64,000 nt of DNA, from the NCBI RefSeq assembly GCF_009914755.1, contig NC_060926.1; one strand, 5' to 3'. Within the stretch, counting starts at the first letter, position 1; each line of letters opens with the position of its first letter. Of the stretch, positions 41,152 through 53,000 are shown piece after piece. Below the pieces are notes generated by a model, which ran no database searches, was not told the DNA's origin, and saw only the letters and a program-made list of their open reading frames with translations. Source of the stretch: the human T2T-CHM13v2.0 reference genome, Homo sapiens. The translations under genes were made by a program, and so were the position numbers.

Positions 41152-44104
41152 TTTTTAAAATATTTTTATTTTATAGTGGCAAGAATATTAGCATGAGGTC
41201 TACCCTCAACAAAAGTTTAAATGTAAAATACAGTCTTGTTCACTATAGGAACAATGTTGGGTAGCAGATGCCTAGAAATTTTTCAGTTTGCATAACTGAG
41301 ATTTTATGAACATTGATCAGCAACTTTCCATTTCCCCTTTACCCTGGCCCTTGAAAACCACCGTTTATTCTTTTTTTTTTTTTGACCTAATTGACATTTA
41401 TAGAATGCTTCATACAACTGCAGAATATACATTCTTTTCTTTTTTTTAAGTATATTTTAAGTTCCAGGATACATGTGCATAACGTGCAGGTTTGTTACAC
41501 AGGTATACACGTGCCATGGTGGTTTGCTGCATCCATCAACCCATCATCTACATTAGGTATTTCTCCTAATGCTATCCCTCCCCTATCCCCCAATCCCTCG
41601 AGAGGCCTCAGTGTGTGATGTTCCCCTCCCTGCATCCATGTTTTCTCATTGTTCAACTCCCACTTATGAATGAGAACACGTGGTGTTTGGTTTTCTGTTC
41701 CTGTGTTAGTATGCCGAGAATGATGGTTTCCAGCTTCATCCATGTCCCGCAAAGGACATGAACTCATCCTTTTTTATGGCTGCATGGTATTCCATGGTGT
41801 ATATGTGCCATATTTTCTTTATCCAATCTATCATTGATGGGCATTTGGGTTGGTTCCAAGTCGTCGCTATTGCCAACAGTGCTGCAATAAACATAGTGTG
41901 CATGTGTCTTTATAGTAGAATGATTTATAATCCTTTGGGTATATACCCAGTAGTGGGATTGCTGGGTCAAATGGTATTTCTAGTTCTAGATCCTTGAGGA
42001 ATCACCACACTGTCTTCCACAATGGTTGAACTAATTTACACTCCCAACAGTGTAAAAGCATTCCCATTTCTCCACATCCTCTCCAGCATCTGTTGTTTCC
42101 TGACTTTTTAATAATCGCCATTCTAACTGGCATGAGATGGTATTTCATTGAACCACTGTTTATTATACTTTCTCTTCCTATGAATTTGATTATTTTAAAT
42201 ATCTTATATAAGTGGAATAATGCAGTATTTGTCTTTTCAAGACTGGCTTATTTCACTTAGCGTAATGTCCTCAAGGTTCATCTATGTTGTCAAATATGGC
42301 AGGATATTCTTCTTTTTAAAGACTGAGTATTTCATTGTATGTATATACCACATTTTCTTTATGCGTTCATCCATCAGTGGATATTTAGATTGATTCCGCA
42401 TCATGGATACTGTGAATAATGCTACAATTAATATGGGAATGCAGGCATGTAGATATCTCTTCAAAATGCTGATTTCATTTCCTTTGGATACATACTCAGA
42501 AGTGGGATTGCTGGATTATATTCTATTTTTAATTTTTTGAGGAATCTCTATACTTTTTTCCATGACTACTATTTTGCATTCTTACTAACAGTGTATAAGT
42601 GTCCAATTTCTCTATATCCTAACACTTGTTATCTTTTGTTTTTTTGAAAATAGCCACCACCACAGGTGTGAAGTGATGTCTTAAGTAATTCAATTTGCAT
42701 TTCTCTGATGATTAGTGACAATGACCGTCTTTTCATATAACACTGGCCATTTGTATGTCTTCTTTGGAGAAGTACCTCTTCAAGTCTTTAGCCCATTTTT
42801 AAATTGGGTTATTAGAGTTTTGCTACTGAGTTATAGGAGTTCCTTATATATTTTGGAAATTAAACCTTTATTTGATATATGGCTTGCAAATATTTTCTCC
42901 CTTTGTGTAGGTTGTGTTTTCACTCTGTGGAGCCTTTTCACTCTTTGCTGGGCAGAATATTTTTTGTTTGTTGTAGTTGCATTTGTATATTTTTGCTTTT
43001 GTTGCCTGTGCTTTTGTTATTATAGTCGTGAAATCATTGTCAAGACCAGTGTCATGAAGCTTTTCCTCTATGTTGTTTTTCTAGGAGTTTGTTTCCAGTC
43101 TTATGTTTAAGTCTTACATCCATTTTGAGTAAATTTTTTGTAAATGGTATAAGGGACAAATTTCATTCTTTTGTATGTGAATATCCAGTTTTTCCATCAC
43201 CATTTGTTGAAGAGGCTATTCTTTCCCTGTGTGTATTCTTGGCACCCTTGTCAAAGGTTAGTTGGCCTTATATGCATGGGTTTATTTCTGGGCTCTCTAT
43301 TCTGTTTCATTGGTCTGTATGTTTATCTTTATTCCATTACCATGCTATTTTAATTATTGTAGATTTATGATATATTTTGAAATCAGGGAGTGTGGTGCCT
43401 CCAGTTTTGCTCTTTTTTCTCAAGATTGATTTAGCTATTTGGGGTTCTTTGTGGTCTCATATGAATTGCAGAATTGTTTTTCTATTTGTAAAAAAATGCC
43501 ATTGGGATTTTGATGGAGACTGAATTGAATCTGTGGGTGGTTTTGGCTAGTATGAATATTTAAACAATATTAAATCTTCGAATTCATGAACATAGGATAT
43601 CTTTCCATTTGTTTGTGTCTTTTAAACTTTCCTTCTTCAATCTTTTGTAAGTTTCAATGTACAGGTCTTTCACCTCCTTGGTTAAATTTATTACTAAGTA
43701 TTTTATTTTTTTCATGCTATTGTCAATGTGATTGTTTTCTTAATTTCTTTTTTAGATAGCTAATTGTTAGTATAAATACAAATAATTTTTGTATGTTGAT
43801 TTTGTATCTTGCAATACTGAATTTGTTTATTCTAGCAGTTTTTTGGTGGGATATTTAGGTTTGTCTATATATAAAATCATGTTCTCAAGAAACAGAGACA
43901 ATTTCACTTCTGTTTTTGATTTGAATGTCTTTATTTCTTTTTCTTACCTTATTTCTCTGGCTAGGACTTCCAGTACTATTTTGAATAGAAATGACGAGAA
44001 TGGGCATCCCTGCATTTTCCCTGATCTTTGACGAAAAGCTTTCAGTTTTTTCACATTGACCATGATGTTAGCTGTGAGCTTTTTATACATGGCCTTTACT
44101 ATGT
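41152..44104 (-). mobile_element. L1MA (MA8/9-like) 3' UTR plus ORF2 part, interrupted by an L1PA
   Basis: ggaacaatgttg...gcagat...cataactgagatttta 3' UTR, then ORF2-derived antisense sequence to 44104. Confidence 0.85.
41439..42150 (-). mobile_element. 5'-truncated L1PA (L1PA7-like)
   Basis: catggtggtttgctgcatccatcaacccatcatctacattaggtatttctcc 3' UTR. TSD aaccac(c/t)gtttatt at 41356-41369 and 42151-42164. Confidence 0.92.
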
Positions 44105-44886
44105 CAAGAAGATTAAATTAGTCACCAAAAACCTCCCAATGAAAAGCCCAGGATCAGATGGCTTCACTGGTGAATTCTATCAAATAGTTAAGAAAGAATT
44201 CATGACAACCATTTTTAAGCTTTTCCAAAAAACAGAAGAGGAGGGAATATATTTAAATTCATTTCATGAGGCCAATATTACCCTGCTACCAAAACCAGAC
44301 AAAGACATTATAAGAGAAAACTACAGGCCAATATTGGTGATGAAGTACATGCAAAAGCAAAATACTAGCAAATTGTAGTCAACACACATTAAAAATTCTT
44401 CTTTTTTTTTTTTTTGGAGATGGAGTCTCGCTCTGTCACCCAGGCTGGAGTGCAGTGTATGATCTCGGGGCAGTGCAATCTCTGTCTCCCTGGTTCAAGC
44501 AATTCTCCTCCCCCAGCCTCCTGAGTAGATGGGATTACAGGCGTGTGCTACCATGCCTGACTAATTTTTGTATTTTTAGTAGAGATGGGGTTTCACCGTG
44601 TTGGTCAGGCTGGTCTCAAACTCCTGACCTCGTGATCCAACCCCCTCGGCCTCCCAAAGTGCTGGGATTACAGGCATGAGCCACCAGGCCCAGCCAAAAA
44701 TTCTTTTAATACATCATGACTGAGTGGGATTTATCTTTGGAATGCAAAGATGGTTCAATATTCACAAATCAATAAACGTGATATACCACATTAACAGAAT
44801 GAGGGATAAAAATCACATGATCATCTCAATAGATCTAGAAAAAGCATTTGACAAAATTTGACACCTTTTTCTGATAAAAACTCTCA
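44105..44886 (+). mobile_element. Inverted ORF2 segment of the adjacent L1MA, containing an Alu
   Basis: ORF 44028-44378 contains KSPGSDGFTGEFYQ...ITLLPKPDKD...ENYRPI (L1 RT region). Confidence 0.9.
44401..44695 (-). mobile_element. AluS (Sg-like)
   Basis: ctcctgacctcgtgatcc, TSD aaaaattctt. Confidence 0.93.
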
Positions 44887-45749
44887 GGATTCTTTTGTAT
44901 TTTGAGACATCTTTCTTAAGCTGTTTCAACATATTACTAATTATATTTTAGTGGCAGAGTATTAAGTAGTGAATGAATTGTTCACTGTATATAAAAATTG
45001 GCAATTTAAATTAAAAATATTCACACACAAGAACATAGAAATGACATCACTTATCTATTGTATAATTATTTATTTTTAAATAAATGAGGAGGTGTAGAAT
45101 GTATTAAAACAAATGTGATCACTACTCAGTTATTATGTATTCTGAATATGGCTCAACTTTGAAACTGTATTCTAATAACATGTATAAAATACAAATATAA
45201 CTCAAGAATTGAACAATATATTTTTGCATAAAAGTGATATCTTTGAATTAATGTTTCGTGCCTGAGTCACCAGCTGACCATTTAAAAATTTCTACATTGA
45301 CTAGCATTCAAGCCAATTGAACTTAGGCCTGAGAATTAGAAATTCTATTATAAGAATTTTCTAAAAATGTGCTTTGTTTTATAAATAGATAGCTATATTG
45401 TGAAATGCATATATGTTCTTTGTTAATATCGGTGTTTATTTCATTTGATTTTACATATTTCATTTGGTTCTCATAAAAAATTGAGAATATTATAAGCTTA
45501 AAAATGGTGTTCTGAACATGAAGTAAAAATATTATGTAGTCAAATATGCAAAGATTTATAATTTGTTAGATTCTGAGATGTAATATTTCAGGTGATATTC
45601 AAGAGTTTTCTGAGGATTTCTTTCTACAGCAAATCTATCATTATTAAAATGTCTAATAATTGTAGCAAGCTTTAATAATAAACATGACAAATTTGCAGCA
45701 TTTTAGATAATTTTCCCTTCTGAATATTTGTTTGTTATTACTTAATATA

Positions 45750-45945
45750 TATGAATATTGAGTAGAAAGATAATGAGTTTTCAGTATTAACAAGCTTATT
45801 CTCTGAATTTCAGTTTATCTATCTGAAAAATAGAGATATAATACCTATTTTGCATGGCTTTTGTGGGGATCAGTGAGATGACATGTTAAAGTCATCTAGG
45901 ATAAAGCCTGGCACATAAAAATAGATCAAAAAATGTTAATTCTTT
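45750..45945 (+). mobile_element. MIR SINE
   Basis: tctctgaatttcagtttatctatctgaaaaat...gcctggcacata. Confidence 0.7.
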
Positions 45946-47166
45946 TATTTTCTACTACACCATGTAAAATTCGTAAAATTAAAGTGTTTCCTAATATATT
46001 GTTCTAGATTATTTCTAGATTTAAGCTATTAGTTGAGTAAAGTTATTATAACCTACTCTTCATATTTTATACACTTACCTTTCTCTAAATACCCAAGAAG
46101 AATAAATAAAAGATTTCATCAGGATTATTATTATTATTTTTTTAACAATGAAGCAAATGTTCATAACTGGGAATATTTTTTATCAAGAAAATACACCAAT
46201 TTTTAATTTTATATGATACAATGATGGGTCTTTATGATAGATATGATAAATTTGTTAAAGCTGTTTCTGTTATTTCTAAATTGTTAACATAGGGAGAAAA
46301 TAAAATCTTTCTATGAAATTAAAGAGATAGCTTAAAAAACTAAAATGGGAAATTATAATAGACCAATATGCAATTAAAATAACAATCTACAGAAAATACG
46401 GGAGGAGTAGAAAATATGGATGAATGATGAGAAGTTCTAACTTATTTTGAGTTGGAGTTAAATTACAACATACCAAATTATAATAGACCAATATGCAATT
46501 ATAATTATTTAATTAAATTATAATAGGCCAATACACAATCTTCAGGGCAATGACAGTAAATGACAGAGTATTTTACTTGTTAATAGCAGGGCATTTTTCT
46601 TTTCTACTTATAGGGTGCTCATGACACAATTTATCACTTATTTTTTTCTTTTCCTGCAAGCAATGAGTAGCTTTTAGATGTTAACTAACTTGTTAATTTA
46701 GGAGATAGTCAGTCTTTTCAACATATGCTTACAGATTGATTTGCTGTCCTGCAAAGCTCTATTTTATGAGTGCATTGAAATTTTGCATTAGAAAACTTTA
46801 GCCTGAATCCTTACTTTTTAGATTCAACATAGAATATCAACCCAGAGCAGAACAAAATCAATTTAAAGAAAAACCCAGATGAATTAAAACATTTGAGATA
46901 AAACAATTGATAGTATTTGCCTTGCTGTTTAATAGGTTCCACTCCAGAGTAGGAGAAAGCATTCTTGAAAAGTTCTTGGTTTTGTATCTGTTGAAACAAA
47001 TCTGGCGTTCAGCTTAATGGATAGTAATTTTGGCTGAACTCAGCAAAATCAAAGGGCAACTGGATTTGCACACAGTATGGTGAATTTTGCTTACATTATA
47101 TTTATGATTATGACCACCAACAAAAAGTATTGAGACAAGTATACAATATTTTTACCATGTGTTTAA

Positions 47167-47476
<310 letters not shown>

Positions 47477-47527
47477 GTTTTGTATTTCTTTTTAAAATTA
47501 GTATTTAAAGATTTAATTGCCACTTAC

Positions 47528-48240
47528 ATGCTGTTGGTGGAAAGTAGATTAATATAGCCTCCATGAAAAACAGTGTGGAGATTTCTCAAAGAATTAAAAC
47601 TAGAATTACCATTTAGTCCAGCAATCCCACTACTGGGTACATATCCAAAGGAAAAAAAAATCATTATATAAAAAAGGTACCTTCATTCATGTGTTTATTA
47701 CAGCATTAATTACAATAGCAAAGATATGGAATCAATCTGTGTGTCCATCTTTGGTTGACTGGATAAATAAAAGATGGTATATATACACGATGGAATACTA
47801 TTCAGCCATAAAAAAGAATGAGGTCATATCTTTTGAAGCAACATGGATGGAATTGGAGGCCATTATCTTAAGTAAAGTCAAATACTGCATGTTCTCACTT
47901 ATAATTGGGAACTAAATAATGTGTACACATGGACAGAGAGTGTGGAATGACAGACACTGGAGACTTGGAAAGGTGAGAGAATAATGGGGAGTGAGTGATG
48001 AGAAATTACTTTATGGGTACAGTGTATATTTTTCAGGTGATGGATACACTGAAAGCCATTATGCAATGAAAGTAGGTAGGAGAGTAATGGGGAGTGGGTG
48101 ATGAGAAATTACTTTATGGGTACATGTGTATATTTTTTGGGTGATGGACACACTGAAAGCTATTATGCAACATATCAATGGAACAAAATCGCACTTATGC
48201 CCCTTAAATTTATACAAAAATAAATAAATAAAAAATAAAC
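47528..48240 (+). mobile_element. L1PB (PB3/PB4-like) 3' end with an internal ~90-bp duplication
   Basis: ORF2 C-terminus (IYTMEYYSAIKKNE), gatgagaaattactt...gggtaca 3' UTR, A-rich tail. Confidence 0.85.
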
Positions 48241-48244
48241 AAAA

Positions 48245-48785
48245 AATGAATTGCAAAGGAAAACATATGTCCACAGAAAAACCTGTAGAAGAATGTTCAT
48301 AAGAACATTTATAATAGACAAAAAGTGAAAAATCTCAAATGCCCATCAACTGATGAATAGCTATATAAAATGCAGCATATTCTTATAGTGGAATATTATT
48401 CAATATTAGAAAGGAATGAAGTACTGATATATGCTACGATATGAATGAACCATAAAACATTATGTTAAGTGAAAGAAGCCAGTCACAAAAGACCAAATAT
48501 TGTGTGATTCAATTTATGTGAAATGTCCAGATTAGGCAAATCCATAGAGACAGAAGTAGATTAGTGGTTGCCTGGGGTGAAGAGGGGATGAGGGTTGGAG
48601 GGGGAAGGAAAGTCACTGCTAATAGGCACAGAGTTTCTTTTGGGGGGTGATGGAAATGTTCTAAAATTGATTATAGTGATGGTTACAGAACTCTGTGAGC
48701 ATACTAAGGACCATTGAATTGTGCACTTTAAATGGTTGGGTTGTATGGTATATGAATTACATCTCAATAAAACTGCTAAAAATAA
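48245..48785 (+). mobile_element. L1MB 3' end
   Basis: aagtgaaagaagccagtcacaaaagacca...ggcaaatccatagagacagaagtagattagtggttgcc...ctcaataaa. Confidence 0.88.
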
Positions 48786-49095
48786 AGAATTGCATGACAT
48801 TCTAGCATTTTCTTTGAGTCCACAGTAAAGGTTTATTTAGGCTCTAACAACTACTAAGTTATATTCTAGCATTCTGCTGAAACCAAATTATTTACTGATC
48901 TCCTTACTTCTTTTGACTTTCAACATTTTATCGTGTGGCACGTTCCATCTGCTAAGGCATGAGTATCCAAAATTGAGAAATATAGTTATGTATTGATGAA
49001 TTTTCAGTAAGAACAAGTGGGAGTATATGAGAGCATTATTGTTGTCCAGGACTTCTACCATATTTGGCCAAAAAATCATATATCCTTTTGGATGA

Positions 49096-49541
<446 letters not shown>

Positions 49542-49774
49542 ATGTATGCATTTTTCTATTAAATTAGATTTATAAATAAGCTTTGATTATATGAATAAGA
49601 TTTCAGGAGCACCCCAGATCACATATTGTCCATTTAAAATTATAGCTTAACGACTTTTAATTTATATCATATAATTTCCTTTTCTATCTGCTGTTCATTA
49701 GGGTCTTCCAATTTAATTTGTTTCTCTTCTAGTGTAATACGAACATCATGAAAAGGCAAGACAAGAATAATGTT

Positions 49775-50064
49775 GGCCAGTCGCAGTAGCTCACGCCTGT
49801 AATCCCAGCACTTTGGGAGGCTGAGGTGGGCGAATCACAAGGTCAAGAGATCGAGAGACTATCCTGGCCAACATGGTGAAACCCCGTCTCTACTAAAAAT
49901 ACAAAAATGAGCTGGGCGTGGTGGCGCACGCCTGTAGTCCCAGCTACTCTGGAGGCTGAGGCAGGAGAATCACTTGAACTGGGAGGCGGAGGTTGCAGTG
50001 AGCCGAGATTGCACCACTGCACTCCAGCCTGGCAACAGAGCGAGACTGCGTCTCAAAAAAAAAG
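49775..50064 (+). mobile_element. AluSc
   Basis: aggtcaagagatcgag and cctggcaacagag diagnostics, 16-bp TSD agacaagaata(a/g)tgtt. Confidence 0.94.
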
Positions 50065-53000
50065 AGACAAGAATAGTGTTTAATGACAGTATTGAAACTG
50101 AATGAGTGGAAGTCTTTCTTTTGATTAGATTGAGTTTAGAAATCTTCAGGATAGTCTAATACTTAGCTTCTGTTTGAAAGTGCTTTATGGAATTTTACTG
50201 TATGAGATTTTCCTAGAATGCCTGTGAAAATGTACTGCTTTGTCTTTTAGCATCATTTGTTTATGGATCTCTGAGGAATTCATTAATACTTTTTAGGCTT
50301 TCTATTTGTTGGCTTCATTCCCATTTTTCAAATTGAATTATTCAAACTGCATAGTTAACATTATTTGTACAATCTTAGTAGGAAGTAAAAGTGATGAAAC
50401 TTAAGATTTCAGCAAAAAAAATATATATTTTACTATAAATGAATATTTTAGTACATTAGGCTACCTTACTTCAGATAATGGAATTTTAGTTAAACTTGTA
50501 ATATTCACAAGCTAAGCATGGGACCTCATACCTTGTACTTTGAAAAGTAAAAACAGTAGTTTCAGAAAATACGCTTTATGGAGATATTCTACTCATTAAT
50601 AGTTAAAATGACTAGTATCCTGACTCTACAGACTCTTTTAACTTCTCCCTCATTCAGTAATCTAATATGAATGTTTGGGTAATGTATATATTCTTTATAT
50701 CATAAACAATTGCTAAAGAGACTAAGAGATCGTCTAGGCTCTTTCCTTACTTCTGGTTAGATTGTATCTAAATTGTTTTACAGCTTATTTTTTCTACGGT
50801 AAAAAAAATATTGCTTAAGTATTCATTTTTTTAAAACCATATCCAGAACAATCAAACCTCTTTATTCATTGTTTTGAGGAGACAAATATGGAGTGGCTTA
50901 CAGTTTCCTTAAAATTGTAATTTATTATAATTAGTGTGTATTTAAAAGAGTTTTCTCTCTAAGGAGATGCAGGATTTTTTTTTAAAAACTGTCTTCCAGT
51001 AATCTCTGTGACTAGAAACTATTCTGCCCTATCAAAATAGGTAGCCTGTATTACAAAAATAATACAACAATAATAGCAGTAATAAAAACCAACAACTTTT
51101 CTCTTGTTTGTAATTCCCTTGTTTTCCTGAGCTTTCCCTTCAGGCATCTTGACTCATGGTTAATCAGATTTCTGTATGATTTGCTAGCCATGAGAATGTC
51201 TGTATATTTAAAATTGAAACCAGTACATTTCAACTTCACTCACAGCAGGATCTTTGAAAGTCATATGCATATATTTATAAATTTACCTCTAGGCCTTAGT
51301 ACCTCCATATTCCAAAGCTTTTTGTTTTGTTGTGTTTTGTTTTACCCAGGAACTAAAGTCAGTAACAGTTACCTATTGCTCTCTAAGCTGACAAACCATT
51401 GCTATATCTGTATGTCCTACATAAATCTTGGAAGTGTCCATTGTGTTTTGAAGTGGATATTACTGCAAGAGTAACTGGTTGATGAGGATGATTGATAGGT
51501 TGCCAGTGCATTTGTCTTTAACTTCCAGTTGAGAGGAAAGATAGACGTGGACCTGGCAGTTTTGGTTGTGTGTATTGTCCACCCCCCTTCCCCCAACTTA
51601 ACTTTGTGTCCTTATGGTACCCCATTAGGTAATGTGGTAAATTGCTCTTGTAAATTAGATGAGGGACTATAGTATCATACTCTTGTTCACAGTACCTCAC
51701 TTGCCTTTTAGATAATTTCTAAGAAATCTTTTTTATAACAGCCATATCTTGTTTCATTTCTGAAGGGACTAAAACAATTTTTAAAATACTGGAACCAAAT
51801 TAGAGGAAAACAGCCATTTAACAAATCAATTTAAGGGAAATAAGAATACCAAACACACAAAAAACAAATTTAAAACCTGAAGTGAAGAATATGTTTCTTT
51901 TTGCTTATTTTGTATTTACACTCTTTCATCTTTTTCTTTGATGATTTGGGGCTATATTTCCATATTCTCTACACAATTATTTTTAAGTGGCGATTACTCA
52001 CCTTTTCATTTTCTTTCTGAGTTATCGCTTTACCTTTTAAAGGCCATATGTTAAGTTTTGGGTATGATATTGTGAATATTGCACCACATTGGAATGTAAT
52101 ATTATCAAACACTCCCTTTTAACATACTTGAATCTAAACATGTTACTTATTAATGAAAGAAAGAAGATTTAAAGTGAGGGAAAATATAAATTATAAAACT
52201 AGTTAATGGAGATGGAGGCTGGGAAAGTGTGGGGTGGGGATGGGAGTACAAAAGGGGAAGCAGGACACTGTGAAATATGATTACATATCTGTGTTGCAGG
52301 GTATTACAAACTTGGAGTAGCAATATAAAATTTATTTTATCTGCACATTTTTGTTTCAATTGGTTTCCAAAGATGTTGAAACAATATAATCTTGTCAAAT
52401 TGTTGTTATAATATGAATTTTTTTGAACAGCTGATAGTTTGACCAAGAATTTTTGATGTTTATGTAGAATTGGGGAGGCTGTATATTTCATAATTGCATA
52501 CATTTTTTGTTAATAGATATTTGTAACATTTGTTTTCCTCCTGCCAAGAAATTTCCTGAGGCAAAGAAACATGATGCTGGGGAGCATTTCTCAGTAAGAT
52601 TTTCTTTAGTTTTGCTTTAGATTCACACTGGTGAAATGTTAGGCTTCATTTAGGGAATATTTTTAATAGTGGCTGTGGTCTACTGGACATGAAAAAAGTA
52701 GAAACAAGAAGCTCTGGGATTCTAACCCTGATTCTTTTTTTTAAATCCTGCATTGTGGTACTGTTTTCTTAGTAAAATGAATGAGAGTTTTGGTTATCTC
52801 TTTAACCATGTCATAAGAGTTATTATGAAGCAACAAACAAAATAGTTGACGCTTTTGTGCAGTATTATCTTTGAACTCATAACTAAAAGTCACCTGGGCT
52901 AACAAATAGTCAGAACAGCATTTGTGTTTAAACCTTGGTGAATTGTATAATGTTGATACAAGATCAAATTGGATGTTTAATATCTAATGAGTGAACCAAT

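Noticed and set aside
46350-46539. CRISPR-like repeat-spacer pattern
   Set aside because: Eukaryotic intron, only three copies, very unequal spacers and no cas genes.
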